Assembly (NCBI GenBank): GCA_030141605.1
Contig: JAQGDQ010000093.1
Span: 124,001-188,000 of the forward strand
Length of the DNA stretch: 64,000 bases
DNA from: Tubiluchus corallicola
Taxonomy: Eukaryota; Animalia; Priapulida
Reading direction: 5' to 3'
Every line of letters begins with the position of its first letter. Positions within the stretch are counted from its first letter, which is position 1. Shown here piece by piece: positions 35,601-47,600 of this stretch. The position numbers were made by a program, and so were the translations under genes. The notes below the pieces were generated by a model. It saw only the letters and a list, made by a program, of their open reading frames with translations, had not been told where the DNA came from and did not search any database.

Positions 35601-38600
35601 GTGACCATTCTGACTGATTGCATCAGCTCATGGGCTTCTCGAAGCCATAGAGTTAATTAATAGTAATTATTTGATTAGTGACTGCTGTATAACGTAATAG
35701 AAATTGAAGCAGTTAATAATTTTTAACCAATAGTCATGCATGAAGAAAATCAGGGCCGTATTGTTCTATAGGCTAGTATAGACTGCAGTCTAGGGCCCTC
35801 AAGCCGTGGTAACATTTGGTTAAAATATCTGATTTTTAATTCCGGTCGTGTTAAAATATGCCCTAATTTGGTTTGTAATAAATCTTAAAATAGTGGTATT
35901 TCACGAGGAATTTTTTTATTGACAAGCAAAACATAGCTATTCTAGTTTATTTAAATAATTGGCAATATGTTTATTTCAATTGGTGTAAATGTCATTAAAA
36001 TATATCATGAGTAAAAAATATTCAAGACGGGTGCAGTCTGGTTAGAGGGTGGCTCTGTCTGAGGCTGCTGTAGAATCTAATTAGCCTAGGGGTCCCAAAA
36101 GGTCATAATCCGACCCTGGTCATTATTATGATATTTATAGCAAAATTTTGTTCTGATTTGATTTGATTTAGTTTGATTTTACTCAAGTATAAAATGCTCT
36201 GACTTGAGTTCGATACTGACCCTGGGTGATTTTATCCTCCATTCTTAGTGTGCACTTGTTTGCCTCGTAGTTTTCTAGAAAGGATGTATATCTTATACAC
36301 ATCCAAATGTGGTTAAGACACTTCTGCTGGTTCACCGTCTCATCTTAGATGATTTCTTAGATAGGGAGCCAGGTTTCGTTCACCCTATGTACTGTAACAT
36401 TAAGTGAAGCCTTGTCAATGAATGTTGGCTTTTGGCTTCCATTTTACTGAAGTGTGTAAATAAAGTTTCTTTTGTCATTTCTTCTATGAATAACTCATAT
36501 CATTTGAAAACTTAGATGATCGTTTTAATGAAAAAGTTTAAAACTAAATATTCACACTAATATGTAATTAATATTAGTGATGATAACATTTTGATGCTTA
36601 AAACAAAAACGGACCCAATCTTAAACTGTAGGTCAAAACTATCTACTCTTTAAAATATTAAAAGGAAACACACTGTTTTCTCAAAGGTGAATTACGTGAA
36701 AAAATTATTATCACACAAACACAATTTCATGTTCGCATCACTAGTTCTTCACTGTTACATGCATTTCGCCATTCGCTAGTTAGACAGGCACTAGCACCTG
36801 TCGAATTGCACTAAAACAGGTGCTGTACCTCCCAGTTCGAATGTGTTAGTTTGTGACGAACTGCACACATTCGACAGCTGATGCGCGACCACAGCGGTAA
36901 GTTTGAAATTTGAATTTTTATCTTAAAACTTGCTTAATTTTCGTGCAACACACAGAATCTCTTACACTAGCACTGTACTTCAATTTTCGCTTTCGCAAAC
37001 ACGTGAAACATGCCCATGGAATATTTTTGCTGTTGAAAATTATGTCAGTTTATGATGTCATCAATAATTGGGCTCGCCCTCCGTTAATTAAGTTTCTAAT
37101 TTATTATTTAATTATCAGAAATGCTTTTGTAGTATTAGTTGTATTAAAATGTATACTTTTTATCATGCTATGAAGTAGGATATGAAAAATCATCTTGTCT
37201 TCCTTTAATTAATGGTCTAATTGCATATCTGTGGAACTGATTACCGTACTTACTAATTGTGCAGAAAAAATTTTTACTGCTTATTTCCTATTCAAACAAC
37301 AACACAATTAACCGCCTCGCAATAAAAAAATGCAGTTTGATTTGGATAATATTGCCTAAATTTTTCTAAGCCCTAAATCCAGGAAATTGTTAAAACAGAA
37401 AAAACATTCTTTATAAATAAAGCTTAGAAAATTTACCTGGAAAATTCATTTCACTTACGTGTTGCCTTATTGCTTACAGAGCTTGCATTAGCAGTGACAG
37501 TGTATTTTACTTGTAAAATTGTGCTGACGCGATGATTGTTAGGCGCAGCCATTTTGATGGTAGGTCGTTTGAAGCAAGTTTAGATAACATTGCTTAAATT
37601 TTGAAAAAATAATCAGAGCATTTGTAGCACATCCTTCACTAACTAAGCAAAAGTTTAAATTTCTTTATCTTGTCAATAAGATTGAAACACGCATTTTTGG
37701 TGAGCCAGTGGTGCATGCTGGGAAGACGATGCAGCTCATGAGCAGAAATTGAGTTTGTAATTTATCAGACAATTTTTTACAATAATTCTCATGGTTATTA
37801 TTAATCTAATATAGGTTTGGCGAAAAGCTAGTGATTGTGGCCCGTCAGGAAGTTCGGGAAGTTGCACTTTTCGGACCCGAGGTTCGACCGGGATTAGACA
37901 TCGGCGACCTTTCTTATGCCATCATAGAGCGAATTGGCAGGCTAGTGGTCTATTTTTTGTTTACTAACTTTACATTCTAAAATAGTAAAAATAATTTAGG
38001 TTATATAACTTGTTTTACTACAGCTAGTGTACAGTTGGGACTGTTCAATGCTGTAGAGGATAATTTGTTCACCTCAAATAATACCACTTATTACCCTAAC
38101 GGATTACATAATTTTATTGCAGGCAATTTTTGTATCTTTTATTGCTTTTTGGCTTAAATTAAGAAATGTAAGGCAATAAATTTATGATTAAAAATGATAT
38201 ATGTGTGCTTGCGTATCAAAATCGTCCATAAGTCGTTTATTTATCAGGTTTCTTTATCTTTATCTACTAGTGATTGTGAACAATGCAATTTGAATTCCTT
38301 ACTGTTAAATTAGATTAAATTTTTGGCACCTCGTTTTTGTCCTTGTTGACATAGTCGGCATTGCTGAGTTATTTTTGTAAAACTGTTAACTAGCATAGTT
38401 TTATGGTAATAACCGTGGACAAGCATCGTCGCCTTTGCTTTTGCTCATTTTTGTATTTGTAAAATGAGTTTAATGAACGCCAAAAATGTTTGTATGCTTG
38501 CAATTGTTCATAAGTCAACATTAAGCTTTGCTAGTTATTCACACATCCCGAATCTCCATTTCATGAGGATTATTTTCATACCAACTTCATCACTCTATGT

Positions 38601-41600
38601 TACTTCAAAGCTGAGATAATCCACATTGAAGATGATGTGCAGGCTGCACACTGAAAAACATAACTTTGAGAAAATCACTGTTAAAGTTAGCCATTGTTTT
38701 TTGTCGTGTTTCTACAAAACACTTAGCAACCTCAGAAATGTTGGTTGCTACGGACTTTGCAAGAACACATTGAAGTTATGTTTAAATCCAGTATATGGCT
38801 CTTTCTGACAAAGATCTGGGCTTGGCAGCTGAAAAAACTGCAAGCAAAATGACTGCTTCCACAAGCTACTATCGGAGTTTGAAAATACAAGTTTTTAGTT
38901 TCTAGTTACCTAAGGCTTTCAAGCAGGTAAGCGAAATGCTAAGTAACATAATTTTGTATGGAAAGTTTTTTGGGACCTAATTTTAACATTTCCTTTTCCA
39001 TCCCTGATTTATGTTGTGCGTAGTGACGTCATGTAATGGCGCCCTTAGAACAATGTCGCGGGAAATTTAAAATGAAAACAAACAAATATTCCTTTTTAAC
39101 ATCAGTGCGCATAAAATTGCTATAAAGTAATATAATTTTTTGGGGCGATTTTTTGTTAAACCTACTTCAGGTATCCCTTTTCTTGTCCATTAAGAACTTG
39201 AAGAGTTTCTTTCTTTGACAATTAGCATTTATATTGTAACATATTCCTTTTTTCATTCTAGGTCTCGTTCACTTGGTGAAGTCTCCGTTGGTAACGTCAG
39301 TTTACAGGTGTTTGGCGAAGCTCCAAAAAGTATGTTTTATTACCTGAAGGTGGCACTGCGTCAGGGCATCGTAACTAAGCAGGTACATTTTTCAGAAATG
39401 ATAGGAAGAGTATCGGTGACAGTAACGATCGTGTTCATGATTTAGTTTATAATTCAGTTAAATTCAATTTTTATTGATTATTTTTTCTTCTCTACTCTGC
39501 TAATGTAGAAACAGATCTCATCAAAGCTGCTAGCAATTATTACAAGCTTGTGGTTAGTCGTGGAATGACATATTGTGCAAACTAACGCAAACTTGGAACT
39601 TTAGCTTATTTTGTCGCTTTTGAAACCTCTGGCGCGACAAGTTATTTGAAATTTTATGTAAAAAAGGTCAGCGTTTAAAGGGGAGTGCTTTGCATTATAT
39701 GTATGTAAACTTTGTTTATCTTAAGTCAATTGACATACAGTAATATTACTGATCGGAGTTTTTCCACTGTGCAACAAATACATTTTAGTTGAGAGCAGAT
39801 ATATACAACTGGTTATCAAGAATATAGTTACATATATAGTTAGTTCAAAACACAAGTAATTCATCAGTTAACACTTAAAATTGAAATATACTGAGGTCAC
39901 AGAGTACAGAAGCAATGTCAGAAACAATTATCAATATACAATGTATTAGTTATACAAAAGTATGATAGCTCAATAGCTGGTGTGTAATTCAAAAGTCCAA
40001 AATTCAAAATTATCCAGATTACATTTCAAAATACAATTACAAGTACAATCAATTAGCAAAACGTTTAGTAGACTTTGTGTAGTTCTTCAAGAGATTTGAA
40101 GAGAATGCCACTGGATGGGTGACCTAATCTGAGTTTAAGTATGTTTCTGAGTTTAAAACTGAGAAATGTTTTTGTAGATAATAGCAAGTCTAAGGTTGGC
40201 GTGTAATTCTTGAGTTATGTGTCGATAATAACAGAGCTGATCCAATAATAGTGTTCTGTGTATGTCATAGTTTGAATACTCAAAAGGCGTATAAAATGCT
40301 GTCGTGTTTTGTGCTTTGCAGAATTATCACCACAGGAGTCCGGCAGGTGTGGTACAACATGGACGACTGTTCCATTTGAAGCGGTTCTACGTCGAGCGCA
40401 AGAGTCGGTCGGAAATATTGCTGCAGAGACTGTGCGAGATCTTGTGCAGTTCACCGAATCTGCGTGAGGAAATCAGCACAGTGCGAGAAAAAATGGTCGG
40501 TTTACAACTCAATTCAGTCTTTTTTTGTTGCACAGTACGAGAAAAAATGGTCGGTTTACAGCTCAATTCAATCTTTTTTGTTGCACAGTGCAAGAAAAAA
40601 TGGTCGGTTTTCAACTCAATTCAAACTTTTTTCGCATAGTATCTGCTCAATTACACAGTTTGTACACTTTGGTAAAGCGCAAGTTGGAATGCGAGTTCAT
40701 TAGCAGTTGTTACTCAATTTTACTCGTGGCAAGACTGAAACCTAGCTCATTATTGAGGCTGTCCCTTTAAGATGAGCCACTGAACTAACAGAAGTGTCTC
40801 AGCCATGTTCAGACGTGTACAACACTGTACATCCTCCCTCTAGAAGGTAAACAGTCAAAATTGTCATGGCAAATAAAACCACCCAGAACAAGCGTTGAAG
40901 TGGTTCACCTGTTAATTGACATTGTTCAATTCCATTCTCAATTTCGGTCCCTCAAGCACTACACTGTGACCACTCGGCCATCCATCTCATATATCTTCAT
41001 GTTAAAAATTCGTGTTTTGGGATCATAAAATTGGCAAAGCGAAATGAAATTTTTCATCCTTTGTTATTGTTTATCACGGTTTATTGTAAATCAATTTGGA
41101 AGCCACTTGAAAGTGTTTTCAGCCGCACATTCCACACATTCTGAAACTCGCCTGTAAGTTAGCGAAGTTGTTATTACATTCATTAAACAACTAATAACGA
41201 CGTTGTTGATGGTTTTGGGAAACTTTGCCCAGTTTTGCTGCAGCCGTAATTTCTGCATGCATGTGAATGCACCATAACGGTGTGGTACATTTCCTTTATG
41301 TATTTCTTATGTTCATCTTAACATGTTTCGTGTTTTTTAGGGTCTAGATGTGAACAGTTTGAAGCGCATTTACCAGGGGAACCCACAAGTTGTGCGTCTC
41401 ATTTCTTACCCTTATAGAACTATTTACCCCAATGCTGATGAGTCGGAGGTGAGTCAGTCAGTGCATCTGTATGACATAAAGCAAAACCGGACCCAATGTT
41501 AAACTGTAGGTCAAAGCAATCTACTCTTTAAAATATTGAAAGGAAACATACTATTTTTTCAAAAGTGACTCACGTGAAAGAATTATTACCACACAAACAC

Positions 41601-44600
41601 AATTTCATGTTTGTGCCACTAGTTCTTCGCTGTTACATGCATCGTATTTCAGAAAAGCATTGCACAAAAGACAGGTGGTGTACCTTTCAGTTCAGATGTG
41701 TTAGTTTCTGACGAACTGCACACGTTCGATAGCTCATGCGTGAGCACAGCGGTGAATTTGAAATTTGAATTTTTGTCTTAAAACTTGCCTAGTTTTAGTA
41801 CAACACACTCAATATCTTACAGTAGCACTCTGCTTCAATTTTGCTTTTGCTATCACGTGCAACACACTCGTGGCATATTTTTGCTGTTAAAAATTATGTT
41901 AGTTTGTGATGTCATCATAGTTGGGTTCACCATTTTAATCTATAACTTAATTATCAGAAATGCTTTTACAGTATTAATTGTGTTAAAATGTTGTGTTGAT
42001 AATGAGCTAGTATATGAAAATTCGTCCTGTCTTTTTTTACATTAGAAATCTTGGAGATTGGTGTTCGAAAAAGTTACGATAATAAAAATGCGGAGTACAT
42101 TGGTTAACTGTTCAATGGCTGTCACACTTACAGCACATAAAGAAAATTTACGGTGTCATACACAGATGGAAAGCCAAGAAAATTTTGTCTTTGTAACCCC
42201 ATGAATTTTGGATAAATGGAATATAACGATGTTGCAAAAGCATAGGATAATAAGTGAAAATTTTTGCTAACCGTAAGATGCAAATTGTGAACATAACCGA
42301 ATTTTAAATAGTTGTACAGCCACGTAATCATAGTGCAAAGAAACCTGCCATACCCAAAGTATTTTTGACGAAAAAAAATCTGCATTTTATTGGTGTCGTT
42401 GACAGTGACGGCTCGCTAGAAGTTTGTCAAAACATTGATGTCCGGTGTGCTGATTGTTGCCGTGTTTTTATATTCTAGTGGAAGCTGACAAACGGTAAAG
42501 AGAAGCAGCTCCGGATGCTGGTACTGATGCAGCGATATGCAAACATCGGCGAAGTGGAAGAAGAAGACGAGGACGAAACGAGAAACAGCAGTAAGTTAAG
42601 TGATTGTTCTTGCAAGCGTTCTGTTGCCTAGGAGACGGAAAACAGCAGTAACTTATGTGATTGTTCTTGCAAGCACTCTGTTGCCTAGGAGACAGACTCT
42701 AAACAAGCAGTTCTTAATCTGTGGGCGTGCCGGCATCCCCAAGAGCTGCGAGTTAAGTAATTGTTCTTGCTAGCGCTCTGTTGCCTAGGATACGGGCTTG
42801 TAGACAAGTGGTTCTTAATCTGGGGGGTGCCGGCATCCACAAGAGCAGCGAGTTTTCAGTTCAGCGGGGTGAGAAGAGGGTCCAGAAAAATATATTTCCT
42901 ATTCAAAGTTCAGCAAAAGTTGCTGAATATTCAATGTTTTCTTCATGACTTCAGTGCTGGGGGTGTGAGATGACAAAATCTTGAGGGCACTGGCCAGTGG
43001 CATTGCTATTAGAGGTGCAATAGGGAACAACCGCTCTCCACAAGCGTATTTTTCAAATTTGGTACCTGTTCTATTACTCTATTTGACCGACCAGCCTTCA
43101 TGTTTTTGAAATGAGCGTGTATTTACGCAACTCATTTGTCAAGATTGACTGACTGAATCAAGGATCAAATTGCCCTAAACCTAATCATTATAATACGTCT
43201 TGCAACATGCTGATACTGTCTGCTGTGGCGTAGACAAACGTATAATTGCTTCACATGTCACGGCTCCTTTTTTATGTGCTTGTTCCCCCTAACTTTGAAC
43301 TTGGCTACGCCCCTTTCACCAGCACAGAAAAAGGTTATGAACCACTGCTCTAGGCTGCAATCAGCTCATCTTTATAATGTGTTAAGAAGCTTTCAGATTT
43401 TCTAGTTCAATAATTTTCCGCTAGGGGGAGAAGGTGGATCATGGAACATGTGCACAATTTTAGAACCAGTGATATGTTCTGTTAAAGGCACAGTCTTCCT
43501 GATGCAGTCGGTTACCATGGCAATAGCCCCGTCGCTCAATATTTACTTAAAACTATTGTGAATGACATTAATACAAACTTTTGCTGTTTTTCTTGTGAAT
43601 GTTGTGCAAACACAAATTTCCACATCACAAGTCGACACTATTCAAATCACTATGGGAAATCTTTGCAAAAAGTTCGTTTCTCTTACTATAGTGACGTGCG
43701 ATCGTAACAGCCTAACCATAGAAGATTCGTTGGCTTCGCAAGCGTACCAGCGTGTCAGTATGGCCGGTCCAGGGGGCGTGTCTCTGGTCGATCTTGCGGT
43801 ACTGTGTGGGGTAAAAAAGCTGGACTCTCGGGCTTTGGCTCGCTACCTTGAACGAACAGGAACAGTGATGTATTTAATGCACGAAGAGGGTCGACAGAGG
43901 ATTGGACGGTAAGAAGAGTTAGTTTCTTTTACATCAAAACATTATTCAAGTTTATAATGTAGTTGTAGATTTATGAAGTATGCTGTTGTTTTGAATGACA
44001 TACTATCTATGGCAGATACACTTGTAGACAGTGTAGATAAGTATAATGGTTGACAATAGATGTCGCCACCATGCAGTGGTAATGTGGTCAATAGAGGTGA
44101 GCATCGAATGTTCGAATCGAACCTAAAATTGTGTGCTTGCAAACCAAAATTGTCCGTAAGTTGGCATAGTTAAAACTTCGTTATGGCGCTTCAAAGTAGA
44201 ATGCACCAAAAATTTGGTCAAATGTCAGTTTCTTGTATTTTATGAAAACAAATGCTAAATATATTTTACTTTTATATTCTAACATCAAATTATCAAGAAA
44301 ATGTTCAAAAAATACTAAAAATCTAATTTCATAATCCCGTATCCACTTCTTTGAAAAAAAATAAAAGCACAATTGTAAAAAACTTGTATTTTCAAACTCC
44401 GATATTAGCTCATAGAAGCAGTCATTTTGCTTCGGTTTTTTTTCTTTTGCCAAGCCCAGACCTTCGTTAGGAAGAGCCATCTACTGGATTTCAACATAAC
44501 TTGCAAAGTCCATAGCAGCCCCACTTTCGTACAGTTGCTAAGTGTTTTGTAGAAACCCAACAAAAAACAATGGCTAACTTTAACAGCGATTTTCTCAAGA

Positions 44601-47600
44601 TTATGTTTTTCAGTGCGTAACCCGCACCTCAACTTCAACGTGGTTTATCTGAGCTTAGAAATAACATAGAGTGATGAACTTGGTGTCAAAATGATCCTCA
44701 TGAAATGGAGATTCAGGATATGTGAATAACCAGAAAAGCTTAATTGCCAACTTGTGGACGATTTGCTATGCAAGAACACAATTATGGATTAGAATAATTC
44801 GGCCCTTCAACTTCATGTATTCTTTATCTTTCAAATGTTTGAAGCTTCATACAATCAGGTGCAATTTGGCTGCAATTTCTGTGCCAAATTTTTAAACAAA
44901 TTATTAGAGTTTTTACTGTAGAACAAAGTCAAGTAGTATACGCATAATCTTTATGAGACCGCTTCTTAGTGATTCGAAAATCTTTAAAACTGAATTCAAA
45001 TTCGATTCGGATTTCGAAAACGCTGATTTTTGGTTTCATTCAAGTTTGAAAGTCACAAATTTGATTCCATTCTTATTCGTTTTCTGGTAGAGAATGACAA
45101 CTAACCCCTCCTAGTCAAGTGTAAAGAAAACAGAAAATTGTCAGGCTTATTACTTATCACAGTGCTACTATATGGTGGCGACATCTATTGTTGAAATGTG
45201 CACTTACCTATGGAAATACTTATCATTATGGGCTGCATGCGGCGATGCGAATTTTGATTATTTTTCGTTGTTTTCCGCCTCTTTGCTTTTAAGTACCTGT
45301 TCGTGTTTTTGTTTTAAGTGATTCCGAGAATGATTAGGTACAGGTGGAGCTTTGCTGCATTTTACCAAAAGCAGAAACCTTGGCCTAGCTTGGGTTTTGC
45401 TTAAAACGAAAGTGTTTCTTTGGATTTTAGGGAAAGTGGAAATGTTTTTCATTCCATTTTTTTTGTACTTTGACACTCTGCTTTCTGGAGGTCAGGTTTC
45501 AATGGTAAGGTCTACGCAGTGTTTGTGGCATGGTTGGAACCTAGCTCATTATCAAAGTTAAGCTCCTAACTACGATGAGTTACTGAACCAACCGAGGTAA
45601 CTTACCAAATTCTGAAGTGCAAACTTTCTCTCTGTACAAGGTAAATAGCTAGAATCCATAAGGCGAATGAAACGTCCCAAGTTGAGTATTGAACCGAGGC
45701 AGTTGTAAAGCATTCATGCAAAGCTTGTGCATATTATCCAGTTTGTTATCCTGCTTTTGCTTTCAGTGTTATAGGGTTATTGATTTCTCTGTTTTTTTCT
45801 TGCTTCTTGTTTTGTACAAACTATTGCCACTAAGACTTTGACTTAATAATTGCTTGTACCAAGCAGTACCTCATGAAAGCCACCTAGTTAAACTAGCTTC
45901 CTGATTCAGTGAAGCGTTTTGCTATTAAAAAAAGGTAACGAAAAAGCTGACACAGAGACAGTAAGTTTCGGGCAGTCACTCTGTAAACACTCTGTCTTTC
46001 ATGCATTCTGTCTCTGGTGAAGCAGATTTTAAACTGCTTCAAAGCTTGGCTAAGTGGTAAAGGTTATCTTTTTCATTCATATCTCTTATCAAAGTGTTAT
46101 TGTTGGATGATTCAAAACAGAAAAGTGGTTTATCTTAAAATAAACAAACTTGAACTCTAGGCCTGCAGTTCAGTTTATGTACTACAAAACAATCGTGGGA
46201 GAGAACCGATAAAAAAGACCCCAATAACATCAAATTAATTGTAATTTATCAGTAAGACTTTTACTTGAAGAGTGACAGGTTTTCTTAGCACAAATGGAAA
46301 AGTGTAGTATTGTATGCATTTTTTGGGTCACCAGGTATATCTCGAAAAAGTTTCAGAACAGCAGCGGTCCCATGGAAGAGTTTGAGCAGGAGCGTCAGCG
46401 TGGTATTCAGCTCAAAATGGAACAAGGGTCGTCCCCTTCAACTAATGAACAACCAACTGCAGCTTCAGGTAATATGAAGTCTTTTATAGGCAGGAAATAT
46501 TTTAGACTGAATAAAATATTGTATGTTAGTGTATGGCTCGTGTATAGGTACTGTGCAACTGCAGCACCCCCTATTTTCACTCAGTATTATCCATAATATT
46601 TAATATAATAAGTCTTTTTTTATGTAGTTCTTTCTTTATACTTGTACGGAACCAGAGCACGTGAGGATAGTACTGTTTGCTTCACAGCCCAGTAATGTGG
46701 CATTTGGCTGTTGTGCGCATGTGCACATCGCTCACGCAGTGTGTGTTGTTAGTTGTCACGTGTTTACAGTGAATGGATCGAGCTTACTTTCTTCAAGCTG
46801 CTAGGTTAATAATTTTTGAAAAATAGATCACGATTGTTTATTAAATCCTGGCATTTACGGTGGTAAAGAAAACATCTGTTGTTATTCCATCTTTTTTATT
46901 ACTGTTCATGGGATAAACAAAATTATTAATTTTTCAGCTCTGCAAGGCACATCACAGACTACCGAGCATCTTAGTACCAATACTGTTGATGAGGCAGAAA
47001 CAATTAGAGAAGCCATCCATCCCATGCAAAAAGGCAAAGAAAATCCAGCACTCACCTATAGGTAAACCTAGTTACTTTTTATAAACACGTATTTTTTTAT
47101 TTGTTATATGCATGCTTGCAAACCAAAACCATTCATATGTCGGCCTAGTTTAAACTATGTTACGGTGCTTCAAAGTAGAAAGCACCAAAAATTTTGTCAA
47201 ATGTCGATTTTTTATTTTTTATGAAAACAAATGCTAAATATATTGGACTTTTATATTCTAGCATCAAATTATCAAGAAAATGTCCAAAAAAATACTAAAA
47301 ATCTAATTTTATAACTCCTTATCCACTTTTCTGTCTGGAGACTAGTACTGCAATTGTAAAAAGACTTGTACTTTCTAACTCCAATAGTAAGTAGCTCGTG
47401 GAAGCAGCCATTTTGCTTCGGGTTTTTTTCTGTTGACAAGACCAGATCTTCGTCAGGAAGAGCCATCTACTGGATTTAAATATAACTTCAATTTGCTGTT
47501 GTAAAATCCATAGCAACCACACTTTCATACGGTTGCTAAATGTTTTGTAGAAATGCAACAAAAAACAATGGCTGACTTTAATAGAGGCTTTCTCAAGATA

